A stretch of 64,000 nt of DNA. It comes from Methanosuratincola petrocarbonis (GTDB lineage Archaea > Thermoproteota > Methanomethylicia > Methanomethylicales > Methanomethylicaceae). Positions 18,725-27,981 of the stretch are shown in pieces. The stretch covers positions 442 to 64,441 of the forward strand of contig CP130488.1 in NCBI GenBank assembly GCA_030522375.1, given 5' to 3'. A program made the position numbers and the translations under genes. The notes under the pieces were generated by a model, which made no database searches, was not told the origin of the DNA, and was given only the letters and a program-made list of their open reading frames with translations. Numbering within the stretch: the stretch's first letter is position 1; each line of letters starts with the position of its first letter.

Positions 18725-20227
18725 ATGCAACAACTTTTTGTGGATCGGGAGGCGGAGCTCGGTTTCCTGGAGAGGAAGTACTCCGAGCAAGGGTCGCAGC
18801 TCATCGTGATATATGGGAGGAGGCGCGTAGGTAAGACTGCCCTCATAAAGAAGTTCCTCGAGGACAAACAGGGCGTCTACCTCATGTGCACCAAGGACAG
18901 CATGAGGGACAATGTGAACGAGCTGAAGAGGAGGTTGGCTGCGATGCTGGGGAAGGAATACCTCGCTTCGGTCGAGGCGAGATCCATCGGCGATGCCCTC
19001 AGCATCCTCGCGAAGGAGGCAGGCGGGCGGCGCCTCATCGTGGCGCTTGACGAGTTCCCTTACCTCATCGAGCTCGACCCTGGCGTCACCTCCAACCTCC
19101 AGCGGGCTTGGGACGAGGATCTCAGCAGGACTGGCATCCTCCTAATACTCTGCGGCTCGAGCGTCGGGATGATGGAGAGGGAGGTCCTGGGGGCACGGTC
19201 GCCCCTCTACGGGAGGCGCACCGGTGCCTGGGAGGTTACGCCGTTCCAGCCCGAGGACTTGCCGAAGATGTTCCCACGGGCAACAGCGGAGGATACAATC
19301 AAGATCTGGGCAGTCTTCGGGGGCACGCCCTTCTACCTCTCGCAGGTTGACCCAAGTGCGAGCTTGGAGGAGAGCATCCGCAGGAGGGTGCTCACCAAGG
19401 GCGAGGTCCTCTACGGGGAGCCCCTGATACTGCTCAGGGAGGAGTTCAGGGAGCCCGCGGTCTACCTCCAGGTGCTGAAGCACATCTCGCTCGGCTACGT
19501 TTCGCTGGGGGAGCTCAGCGGAGTCACTGGGCTCGACCGGGGGAACCTCTCCAAGTACCTCAGCGCCCTCGAGTCCACTAAGATCGTCAGGCACGTGCTC
19601 CCACTGGGGCAGCGCAAGCGCGGCCACTATATGATCGAAGATCCGTTCTTCTGCTTCTGGTTCAGGTTCGTCTACCCGAACATCAGCGACCTGGAGCTGG
19701 GGTTGGCTGACGAGGTGATGTGGAGGATAAGGTCGCGGCTGAGCCACCACTACGGCGAGATGTTCCACAGGGTGGTAATCCACCTGATCAGGAAGGGGGC
19801 AGTGCCGCTGCCATTCCGGCTCAGCGATGTGGGCGTTTGGTGGCACAAGGGCGTCGAGATAGACGTGGTTGGGAAGGGCGAGTCGGGGCAGCTCCTCTTC
19901 TGCGAATGCAAGTGGGAAGACGGGGTAGACCCGTGGAGGCTCGCAGGCTCGCTCCGCGAGAAGGCCGGCTACTTCTTGGGGGCGCGCAGGGTAGCCGTTT
20001 CCGCCTCAAATGCTGGGGCCGGGGAGAAGGACAAGCCCGGGGCAAGGGCAGGGGCTGGGGCTGGATCAGGGACAACGAAGGCTGACTCGCCCGAGGTGGT
20101 TTACTGCCTATTTGCCAAGAGCTTCAGGGATCGCCCGGCAAATGTCTCCACAGAGGGGCTGGGTGACGTGCTTCTTTTCGATCTGGTTGACCTTGGCAGG
20201 CTCGGGCTCGCCGCAGGGGCAGCTTAG
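18725..20227 (+). CDS. Archaeal ATPase family protein (PF01637-like AAA+ ATPase with a C-terminal DUF234-like domain).
   Basis: The N-terminus FVDREAELGFLERKY...LIVIYGRRRVGKTALIKKF carries a Walker A motif. A Walker B motif lies in LIVALDEFPYL. The 500-aa length matches the family. Confidence 0.75.
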   Translation: MQQLFVDREAELGFLERKYSEQGSQLIVIYGRRRVGKTALIKKFLEDKQGVYLMCTKDSMRDNVNELKRRLAAMLGKEYLASVEARSIGDALSILAKEAGGRRLIVALDEFPYLIELDPGVTSNLQRAWDEDLSRTGILLILCGSSVGMMEREVLGARSPLYGRRTGAWEVTPFQPEDLPKMFPRATAEDTIKIWAVFGGTPFYLSQVDPSASLEESIRRRVLTKGEVLYGEPLILLREEFREPAVYLQVLKHISLGYVSLGELSGVTGLDRGNLSKYLSALESTKIVRHVLPLGQRKRGHYMIEDPFFCFWFRFVYPNISDLELGLADEVMWRIRSRLSHHYGEMFHRVVIHLIRKGAVPLPFRLSDVGVWWHKGVEIDVVGKGESGQLLFCECKWEDGVDPWRLAGSLREKAGYFLGARRVAVSASNAGAGEKDKPGARAGAGAGSGTTKADSPEVVYCLFAKSFRDRPANVSTEGLGDVLLFDLVDLGRLGLAAGAA

Positions 20228-20417
20228 CTGGAGGGTCGCTTTGCCGCAGCCAAAGCCGAAAAATCCGAACCCTGCGCCGTCGAGGTGGCTGGAGAAGCTC
20301 AGCGGGAAGCCCAGCCCATCCGGGGGCGGGCGTGGGGAAGATGACGGCGAGCAGGAGGAGGGCGCCGACAGCGGGGATGCTTACGAGCCTGACGAGCTCG
20401 CCAAGAAGATCCTCAAC

Positions 20418-20999
20418 ATGATAAGGAACGGCGGGACGATGAATCTGGGGGAGGCAGTCCATGCGGCATCATCCGCCTTCGGCGCAAAGCCCGAGGAGGT
20501 CGCTAGGCGGATCTACGAGCTCAGCTCAGCCGGCTTGGTGGCGATCAGGGACCCCAACCCGCCGCGATCGCCACTTGGCTTCCTGAGGGATCCCGCCTAC
20601 TCCGCCTGGTACTGGGCGCTGATCGCGCTCGTCGCGGGCACGGTTGCCGTGGTCGCCGCTTCGCCGGGCGCCCCCCTGATCTACATCAGGTACGCACTCG
20701 GGTCGCTCTTCGTGCTCTACCTGCCGGGGGCCGCGCTCATCGAGCTCCTCTACCCGAGGAAGTCCGACCTCTCCCAGCTCGAGCGCCTTGCCCTCTCGCT
20801 GGGCCTCTCCCTGGCGCTGGTCCCGCTCATCGGGCTGGTCCTAAACTACACCCCGTGGGGGATAAGGCTCGAGCCGATCCTGGCTTCGGTCTCGCTGCTC
20901 ACCGTTGGTCTGGCCACCGGAGCACTCGTGAGGAAGCACTCTTATGTCAGGCTCCAAGCCGCCGCGCTCGGCTCATCCGCTGGGAGAGCCAATGCATAG
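20418..20999 (+). CDS. Membrane protein with an N-terminal winged-helix-like segment and a 4-TM region resembling the N-terminal membrane part of DUF1616 proteins. The start is uncertain; alternatives are TTG 20242 and ATG 20142.
   Basis: The track ORF starts at 20010 inside the preceding gene. The first in-frame ATG after that gene's stop gives MIRNGGTMNLGEAVHAA... The TM region reads LYLPGAALIELLYPRKSDLSQLERLALSLGLSLALVPLIGLVLNYTPWGIRL. Confidence 0.4.
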   Translation: MIRNGGTMNLGEAVHAASSAFGAKPEEVARRIYELSSAGLVAIRDPNPPRSPLGFLRDPAYSAWYWALIALVAGTVAVVAASPGAPLIYIRYALGSLFVLYLPGAALIELLYPRKSDLSQLERLALSLGLSLALVPLIGLVLNYTPWGIRLEPILASVSLLTVGLATGALVRKHSYVRLQAAALGSSAGRANA

Positions 21000-21762
21000 C
21001 ATGGCTGACCTGAACAGCGAGAGGGGCAACCCGTACGCAGCCGGGCTCGCCGCCTTCGGGGCGGGTCTCGCAGCCTTCTCCTGGTACCTCCTCCAGAGCA
21101 CGCCGATGACCGCGCTCGGGATAGGCGTTGCAGTCGTCGGTGCTTCGATCGCGATCACGCCGACCGCCCCGATCCCATCGAAAGCCGTGAGGAAGCTCCT
21201 CGAGGGATCCCTGGCGAACATTGAGGCCGTCCTCGAGGACACCGGGGCAGCGGGCAGGGGGTACTACGTCCCCGGGCCTGTAGGGGAGAGATCGGGAGAG
21301 GGCGGAGCCGACGCCAGCCCAGGGGCGGTCAGGGTCTTCGTGCCGATCGGCGGGGGCGGCGAAGCCGGATCCGGCAGCGGGGTTCCGCCTTCAAGGTGGG
21401 AGGCGAAGGGGCTCGTGTCCTCCCTGGACGGGAGGGATTACCTGGTCCTGTACCCGCCCGGGTCGTTCCTGGTCAGCAACGAGGGCATCTCGGGGGACCT
21501 CGAGTCGCTGCTGGGCGAGCTACTTGTCGAGGAGTCCGGCATCGTCGAGTCCGTGAAGGTTGTCGAGGACGGGCGATCCGTCGTCATAGAGCTCAAGCGC
21601 CCCAGGTCGGGGGCGGGCTACGGGAGGGTGAGGAGAGCGCTCGGGTCGCTCGAGGCTGGGACAGCCGCGGTCGTCGTTGCCGCCGCGAAGCGGAGGGTCG
21701 CAATGGTCGCCTCCGAGGAGGACCTAGGGGACAGGAAGAGGGTCGTGATCGACCTGATCTGA
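20992..21762 (+). CDS. Hypothetical membrane-anchored protein.
   Basis: The ATG overlaps the previous stop (ATGCATAG). Two N-terminal TM helices are followed by a Gly/Ser-rich linker and a soluble domain. Confidence 0.4.
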   Translation: MHSMADLNSERGNPYAAGLAAFGAGLAAFSWYLLQSTPMTALGIGVAVVGASIAITPTAPIPSKAVRKLLEGSLANIEAVLEDTGAAGRGYYVPGPVGERSGEGGADASPGAVRVFVPIGGGGEAGSGSGVPPSRWEAKGLVSSLDGRDYLVLYPPGSFLVSNEGISGDLESLLGELLVEESGIVESVKVVEDGRSVVIELKRPRSGAGYGRVRRALGSLEAGTAAVVVAAAKRRVAMVASEEDLGDRKRVVIDLI

Positions 21763-21850
21763 TTGGAGTTGGCTACGGGATCGCTGGTGATTGAAATGCG
21801 GCGCGAGGCATGCTGCATTGCGAACGCGCCCGGGATGGGCATCCGTTGAA

Positions 21851-22096
21851 ATGGACAGGAACGCGCTCTTCAATGCCACCCTCGCGTCCCTGGTCGCAGC
21901 CTCGGTTTGGGCGCTCTCCTCCCTGGGCGAGGCGAGGCTCGACGTCTACGTCAGCGTCCTCGCGCTCGTCTACTTCGTCTGCCTTGCGGTATTCAGGCCC
22001 TCGAGGGGCTTCTTCGACTTCCCGGCGGCTGCGCTGTTCCTGGCATTCGCCGCCATCGTCGCGATGAGGGTCATCAGCATACTCTACGGGGCGTGA
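21851..22096 (+). CDS. Small integral membrane protein (3 TM).
   Basis: The start is MDRNALFNATLASLVAASVWAL. Three hydrophobic segments follow, and the protein is 81 aa. Confidence 0.35.
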   Translation: MDRNALFNATLASLVAASVWALSSLGEARLDVYVSVLALVYFVCLAVFRPSRGFFDFPAAALFLAFAAIVAMRVISILYGA

Positions 22097-22181
22097 TTTA
22101 TTTGCTTAATCGCTTGTTTTCTTGCTCGATCTGCCTTCCAGATCCGCTTCAAATTGAGGACCCGCCCGTTCGTCGAAGAGG

Positions 22182-24158
22182 TTGAGGCGTGATCTTGCTG
22201 TCCTGATCGGCACGATGGCGTTGGTCGCAACGATACTCGGCGGGGCGTCCCTCCTCCCGGCTGCGGAGCGCGCGATGAGGCACTCGGACGCGAAGGCTGC
22301 GCAGCCCGAGCTCCCGTCCCCTGCAGCCCTCCTCTCGGGGTACTCGACTGTCTTCTCGGCAGTCCTCATGGGCGGGTACTCGGACGCATCCGAGCTGATC
22401 CCGTACCTGAACTCGTCGTACGTGCCGGAGAACATTAGGTACATATTCGGGAGGTTCAACTCGCTCCTCGCCTCGGCGGTCTCGGATCTCAACCAGACCG
22501 AGATCCTAGTCGGGGAGGCGCGGGCGGCGATCGGCGTAGGCATGGTCGCTGAGGCGCGGGCGCTCGCCGGCAACGCCTCGGTGAGCCTGTGGAGGGCTAA
22601 CTCCACCGCCTCCCAGCTCAGGGACTCCTCGGCGACCTTGGCTTCGCAGCTGAAGGTGCCCCAGCTCCGCGCGGGGGTGTCGTCGGTCGAGGCGCGGATC
22701 GCGCACCTTTCGCAGGAGCTCTCTGAGGTCCGGTCCGAGATAGCCAGGGTCGAGGCTGGCGAGCTGGCGGGGACGGAGATCACGATCGCGCTCGACAGGG
22801 CTGAGGCGTGGGTCGGGTCCCCTGTCACAGCCTCTGGCTTCCTGTCGGCAGAGGGAAGATCCCCGATCGCCGGCGTCGTGGTGAAGGTGGCGGTCGAGGG
22901 TTCCCCCGCGGAGTACTCTGCGGTGACCGGCGCGGACGGCAGCTACTCCGTGACCTTCCCGGCGCCGTCAACGTACGCAGAGTCCGCCGCTGTATACGCT
23001 TACTTCCCAGCCTCGGGCGGATACGCAGGCTCAAGGTCCTCCGAAGCCAGCCTCAGGCTCCTATGGCTTCAGCCCGTGCTCGGAGCCACGCTGAACGCGA
23101 CGAGTGCGAAGCCTGGCGACTGGATCCTCGTCTCCGGGAGCACCGGGCTCGGAGATGCGCGCGGCGGGACGGTACGGGTCTCAGCCTTCGGGAGAAGCTT
23201 CACGGTGGATCCGTCGGGCGGCGCCTTCTCGCTCGCGGTCCAGGTCCCAGCCAGCGCGCCCAGCGGGCGGAACGCGATCACTGTTAGTGTAGTGCCGTCC
23301 GGGGTCGTCGGTCCCGGCTCCGCGACAGCCTACCTGGAAGTGTACAGGCTGCCGACCGCGGTGACCCTCAGCCTCCCTCCAGCCTCGATATCCGGGACCA
23401 ATTTGACCGTCAACGGGAGGGTGGTCTCGCCCTCCGACGGGGAGCCGGTGCCGAACGCGGCCGTCTCGATCAGGGTGCCAGGCGGCGTGTATGCAGGCGT
23501 CTCGGGCGAGGACGGTTCGTTCCGGGTTGATGTGCCGGTTGGGCTGGCTGTCCCGACAGGCTGGTTCGAGGTGATCGCGACGGCATACCCAGCAGCGGCA
23601 GCCTACCAGCAGTCCTCCGCTTCTTCAGGGCTCTACGCCGTGAACCCGTCCATTGCGGCGATCCCGGTTGCTGCGCTCGCGATCGCGTACTCGGCTGCAG
23701 GCAGGCTCAGGGGTGCCAAGGGCGGGACCAACAAGCCCCAAGGATTGGCGGGGCTCGGCGTTGGGGCTGGATCGGATGGCAAGGCGAGGGCTGGGGCAAT
23801 GAGCGCGGTCGTCTCAGCCTACCACAGGGCAGCGGCTGCAATCGGGCGTCTCCTGGGATCTGCGATCGGGAGGGGCGAGACCCTCCGGGAGTTCCTCCGG
23901 CGGGTGCGCGTGAGGGCTGGCAAGGAGACCGCGGATCCCTTCGGGGAGCTGACTAGAATGGCTGAGGAGGAGCTCTACGCCGGGAGGGTGCACGAGGCAG
24001 CCAGGGCGGAGTCTCTCCTCCATAGGGTGATCTCATCCCTCTCCGCGCTCGGGGGGATCATCACGGGCGCCGCAGATCATGCGGGCGGGGAGGCTGATGG
24101 CTCCGCTGAGGGCGATGCGGGCGGAAAGGGAGCCGGGAATAGGGATGGCGGGGCATGA
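22182..24158 (+). CDS. Large membrane protein with an N-terminal TM, an extracytoplasmic coiled-coil and carboxypeptidase-regulatory/Ig-like domains, a second TM, and a C-terminal cytoplasmic DUF4129-like domain.
   Basis: The extracytoplasmic part contains VNGRVVSPSDGEPVPNAAVSIRVPGGVYAGVSGEDGSFRVDVP, a CarbopepD_reg-like motif. The second TM is AIPVAALAIAYSAAG. The C-terminal region ETLREFLRRV...FGELTRMAEEELYAGR matches the DUF4129 signature. This is the first gene of a 4-gene overlapping operon. Confidence 0.6.
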   Translation: MRRDLAVLIGTMALVATILGGASLLPAAERAMRHSDAKAAQPELPSPAALLSGYSTVFSAVLMGGYSDASELIPYLNSSYVPENIRYIFGRFNSLLASAVSDLNQTEILVGEARAAIGVGMVAEARALAGNASVSLWRANSTASQLRDSSATLASQLKVPQLRAGVSSVEARIAHLSQELSEVRSEIARVEAGELAGTEITIALDRAEAWVGSPVTASGFLSAEGRSPIAGVVVKVAVEGSPAEYSAVTGADGSYSVTFPAPSTYAESAAVYAYFPASGGYAGSRSSEASLRLLWLQPVLGATLNATSAKPGDWILVSGSTGLGDARGGTVRVSAFGRSFTVDPSGGAFSLAVQVPASAPSGRNAITVSVVPSGVVGPGSATAYLEVYRLPTAVTLSLPPASISGTNLTVNGRVVSPSDGEPVPNAAVSIRVPGGVYAGVSGEDGSFRVDVPVGLAVPTGWFEVIATAYPAAAAYQQSSASSGLYAVNPSIAAIPVAALAIAYSAAGRLRGAKGGTNKPQGLAGLGVGAGSDGKARAGAMSAVVSAYHRAAAAIGRLLGSAIGRGETLREFLRRVRVRAGKETADPFGELTRMAEEELYAGRVHEAARAESLLHRVISSLSALGGIITGAADHAGGEADGSAEGDAGGKGAGNRDGGA

Positions 24159-25273
24159 ACGCCAGGGGGGCAGCCGCGCTCGGGGCGTTCTTGGCGCTGA
24201 CATCAGCCGTGGGGATCATGTTGGCTGTGCCGTCCGTTGACGACTTCTCGCTGGATAACCCGTACTGGAACGGGATGTCCTCGGCTGCTGCGGGGCTCGG
24301 GATCTCGGCTCTCCCCCCGGGGGTCGAGCCCGATCCAGCTGGGGACGTGCTGCTGATCGCGGGGCCGGACATGCCGTTCTCCCAGGGAAGGGTCTCCGAG
24401 GTCGCGTCTTTCCTCGAGTCTGGCGGCGTGGTGGTGCTGATGGACGACTTCGGCGAGGGTAACTCGCTCCTGGAGGGGCTCGGCGCCCCGGTCAGGATAA
24501 ATGGGTCGCCCCTGCTCGACCCGCTGTTCATGGAGAAGTCGAGGCATTACCCGAGGGTCTCCGCGCCTGGAGGCTCGGACGCGGACGGCGGCGTGGAGGT
24601 AACGATGGACTATGCCTCCGCCCTCGAGATCGTGCCGGGGGCTGGGCAACACGGGGTTAGGGTGCTGCTCGAGTCGTCAGCCTTCAGCTACCTGGACGCA
24701 GACGGGGACGGCGAGCACGACGCGGGCGAGCCGCAAGGCCCGCTCCCTGTGGCTGCAGAGGTGCCCTACGGCAAGGGGAGGCTCGTCGTGGTCTCGGACT
24801 CGAGCATCCTGATCAACTCGGTCTGTGGCATCTCGGGAGGGAACGCCGAGTTCGTCAGGGCAATCGCCGGAGCCGGAAAGAGGGCTATCCTGATCGACTA
24901 CGGGAACAACGAGGCTTCGCCCTACGGCTCGCTGAGGTCCGGGCTGATCTCGGTTGTGGGCGCGGTCGGCGAGTACCCTGAGCTGAGGTACCTCCTGGCG
25001 GTCCTGGGGGCTTGGGCGATATTCGCGGCTGACCCCCTAAGGCTGCTCTCCAGGCGAGCCGCCGGGGGCTCGAGGGCTTTTGCGGGGGAGGGCGATGAGC
25101 TCATGAGGGTCGCCGAGGCGCACCCGGGGTGGGACTTATCCCTGCTCAGGAGGACGTGGGAGGAAAGGGCGAGATGCGGATCCGGCGCTTCGAGCCGGGC
25201 TGCGGGATCGGGCAGCAAGCATCCGGAGGCAGCCTCCAAATTCCAAGAGGGTGACGGAGGGCAAGCGAAATAA
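24155..25273 (+). CDS. DUF4350-like protein with an N-terminal TM and a C-terminal TM, flanking an extracytoplasmic domain.
   Basis: The start overlaps the previous stop. The segment GGVVVLMDDFGEGNSLLEGLGAPVRINGSPLLD...GKGRLVVVSDSSILIN resembles the DUF4350 core. The protein is in a conserved neighbourhood with MoxR/DUF58. Confidence 0.55.
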   Translation: MNARGAAALGAFLALTSAVGIMLAVPSVDDFSLDNPYWNGMSSAAAGLGISALPPGVEPDPAGDVLLIAGPDMPFSQGRVSEVASFLESGGVVVLMDDFGEGNSLLEGLGAPVRINGSPLLDPLFMEKSRHYPRVSAPGGSDADGGVEVTMDYASALEIVPGAGQHGVRVLLESSAFSYLDADGDGEHDAGEPQGPLPVAAEVPYGKGRLVVVSDSSILINSVCGISGGNAEFVRAIAGAGKRAILIDYGNNEASPYGSLRSGLISVVGAVGEYPELRYLLAVLGAWAIFAADPLRLLSRRAAGGSRAFAGEGDELMRVAEAHPGWDLSLLRRTWEERARCGSGASSRAAGSGSKHPEAASKFQEGDGGQAK

Positions 25274-25308
25274 GGGCTGCCTGGTGAGGATACGGGAGAT
25301 CTTATCTT

Positions 25309-26292
25309 ATGGTGATTGAGATGGAACCAACCAACTTGCTGAATACAAGAGACCCTTCCATGATCAAGGTTCCGCCGGTCTCGGACCTGGTTAAGGAAGT
25401 CAGGGCATACGTCGTCGGGATGGACGAGCAGCTGTGGCTCTCCTGCGTCGCGCTCCTCTCGGGCGGTCACCTGCTGATCGAGGGACCTCCCGGGGCTGGC
25501 AAGACGCTACTCGCGAAGAACTTCACGAGCGCGATCGGCGGCGAGTTCCGCAGGATACAGATGACCCCGGACCTCCTCCCCTCGGACATAGTCGGTGTCA
25601 ACACCTACAACATCGCGACGGGTGGCTGGAGCGTCAGGAAGGGGCCGATATTCGCGAACGTCGTGCTCCTGGACGAGATGAACAGGGCTACGCCGCGCAC
25701 GCAGTCCGCGCTACTCGAGGCGATGCAGGAGGGGCGGGCGACGATAGAGGGCGTCTCCTACGACCTGCCGAAGCCGTCTTTCTTCATCGCCACCCAGATG
25801 GGGGAGGGGTCCGAGGGGACCTACCCGCTGACCGACGTGCAGGTCGACAGGTTCGCCTACAGCACCCTTGTGGATAACCCTAACAGTGACGAAGAGATGG
25901 AAATACTCTCGAGGGTCGACCTGAACGAGGCCTCCCTGGCGAGGCAGGTCACGGACCCGAAGGAGATCGCGTCGCTGCTCGAGGCTGTGAGGAGGGTCCA
26001 CGTCTCCGACAGGGTCAAGGGTTACATCGTCTCGCTGGTGAACGCGGTCAGGGAGATGAGGGAGCTCAGGTGGTCGCCCGGGGTCAGGGCATCCGTAGCG
26101 CTCTACAAGGGCAGCAGGGCTGTGGCTTTCCTCGAGGGGCGTGACTACGTCATCCCTGACGACGTGAAGGCGGTAGCCCCGAGCGTGCTGAGGCACAGGA
26201 TGGTGTTGAGGATGGAGGCTCTCGCAGAGGGGATCACGCCGGAGTCGCTGATCGAGAGGGCGCTCTCGGAGACGCCCGTCCCGAAGGAATGA
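25309..26292 (+). CDS. MoxR-family AAA+ ATPase.
   Basis: A Walker A motif HLLIEGPPGAGKTLLAKNF is present. A Walker B and sensor region VVLLDEMNRATPRTQSALLEAMQEG follows. The 327-aa length is typical of MoxR (AAA_3). Confidence 0.85.
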   Translation: MVIEMEPTNLLNTRDPSMIKVPPVSDLVKEVRAYVVGMDEQLWLSCVALLSGGHLLIEGPPGAGKTLLAKNFTSAIGGEFRRIQMTPDLLPSDIVGVNTYNIATGGWSVRKGPIFANVVLLDEMNRATPRTQSALLEAMQEGRATIEGVSYDLPKPSFFIATQMGEGSEGTYPLTDVQVDRFAYSTLVDNPNSDEEMEILSRVDLNEASLARQVTDPKEIASLLEAVRRVHVSDRVKGYIVSLVNAVREMRELRWSPGVRASVALYKGSRAVAFLEGRDYVIPDDVKAVAPSVLRHRMVLRMEALAEGITPESLIERALSETPVPKE

Positions 26293-27968
26293 GCGGCGCA
26301 CCCGCCCGTCCAGGCTTTGGTCGTGCGGTCGTCGGCGATGCCAGCGTCAGCGCTGAAAGTGTATGGGGAGAACAAGATAGGGTAAGGATTGAGCGGGAAG
26401 ATGATGGGAGTATCCGCCTGAAGATGGTCCGCCTACGCCTGGCTGGGAAGAAGCCCTTCGCGACGAGGAGGGGAACCTCCGCAGCCTGCTCCGGCGCCTT
26501 CCTGGCTGCGCTCGCCGGCATCTCGGGGGACCCTATCCTGGCTGCGGCTGGGGCTTCTGTTCTCGCAGGGTCAGCCGCCGACCTCGCGATCATGCTCTCC
26601 AGGCTTGCGAAGAAGGAAAAAGGAGCGCGTGCAGGGGTCGGAACCGTAGGGTCGGGGGGCAAAGCAGGATTATCGCTGACCTCCATCGCAGGGGAGTCGG
26701 TCGATTTCTTGGTCGATATCGAGGCCCCGGGATTGGGCGAGGTGGAGTCGTTCGCAGCCGATCCGCCGTTCGAGGTGCTCGGGCACTCCAGGGTTGGGGG
26801 CGGGTACAGGGTGGAGCTGCGGGCAAAGCCGGAGCTCTACGGCGACTACGCCCTGGGCGGGATTGAGGCTGTGACCAGGTCGAGGGCGGGATTCTTTGGG
26901 GCGAGGGCAGCCCTTGTGCCCGCCAGGGAGGTTGGAGAGGTTGGCGGTGGGCTGGCTGAGGGGACGGCGCAGCCCGAGAGGGGCGTAGACGTGGGCACAA
27001 TCGAGGCGCGAAGCGAGGGCGGAGCCGGAGCCGGAAAAACGAGCAGAAAAGAAATCGAGACGGCGGTTGATGAGGGGGAGCAGGGTTCAAACGGAAGCTC
27101 AAGCGTGAACGCACCGTGGATCGCGAGGCTGAGGGTCTACCCGAGGTTCTACCCGCTCATGATCGAGGCGCTGTCGCTGCTGGGCGAAGGTCCGTTGGAG
27201 GGAGATGTGGCTGCGGCGGGGAAGAGAAGGATCAGCAGGGGGGCGGAGTACGCTTGGTCGAGGGAGTACGAGCCCTGGGACTCGCCCCGGTTCATAGACT
27301 GGAAGGCCACCGCGAGGAGGGGGAGGCTCTCGGTGAAGGAGTTCTTCGAGGACCAAGGCGGGAGGGGGGCGGTCGTCTTCTTCGACGGTAGGGCGCCCGG
27401 GAGGATCTCGGCGGACGAGATGGCGAGGGACCTGCTCTCGGCGCTCCTGGGGCTGGCTGGCGCCGGGCAGAGGGTCACGCTCTTCCTGAGCCGCGGGGGG
27501 GCGTGCAGGAGGGTTGAGGGCGGTGCGGAGGAGGCTCTGAGGGCAGCCCTCGCGGAGGTCTTCGAGGTGGTGGTGGGCGCGGACCCGGAGGTATTCGCGC
27601 TTATCCCGCCCGCGGTGAGGTCGTCGCTGCTCGGGATGATAAGAAGGGGGAGAGGTGGCGCCGGCAGCGGACTCCCGGAGGACGAGGCTGGCAGGGAAGT
27701 AGTAGCAATGTCGAGGTCGGGCAGGGTCGGCGACTTTGTCTACATCGGGTGCCCGCTCTACGGGGCTTCAGGGGCGCTGGGGATGATCTCCGAGGTCGCC
27801 TCGCACGGCGCCCGGGTCAGGGTACTCCTGCCAACGAGGCCGTGGCTCGACGCCCCGACCCTGGAGAAGGCTTACGAGGTGCGGGTGAGCTGGTGGAAAA
27901 TTTCCAATTTTTTAGCACAATCTAATGTCGCAGAAACGGCGAATCCTATTTTTTCTCTGTTGACTTAA
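26289..27968 (+). CDS. DUF58-domain protein (vWA-like MoxR partner) with an extended N-terminal membrane-associated region.
   Basis: The start overlaps the MoxR stop. The DUF58 signature is AEYAWSREYEPWDSPRFIDWKATARRGRLSVKEFFED. Confidence 0.7.
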   Translation: MSGAPARPGFGRAVVGDASVSAESVWGEQDRVRIEREDDGSIRLKMVRLRLAGKKPFATRRGTSAACSGAFLAALAGISGDPILAAAGASVLAGSAADLAIMLSRLAKKEKGARAGVGTVGSGGKAGLSLTSIAGESVDFLVDIEAPGLGEVESFAADPPFEVLGHSRVGGGYRVELRAKPELYGDYALGGIEAVTRSRAGFFGARAALVPAREVGEVGGGLAEGTAQPERGVDVGTIEARSEGGAGAGKTSRKEIETAVDEGEQGSNGSSSVNAPWIARLRVYPRFYPLMIEALSLLGEGPLEGDVAAAGKRRISRGAEYAWSREYEPWDSPRFIDWKATARRGRLSVKEFFEDQGGRGAVVFFDGRAPGRISADEMARDLLSALLGLAGAGQRVTLFLSRGGACRRVEGGAEEALRAALAEVFEVVVGADPEVFALIPPAVRSSLLGMIRRGRGGAGSGLPEDEAGREVVAMSRSGRVGDFVYIGCPLYGASGALGMISEVASHGARVRVLLPTRPWLDAPTLEKAYEVRVSWWKISNFLAQSNVAETANPIFSLLT

Positions 27969-27981
27969 AGGAGTGAGAAAT

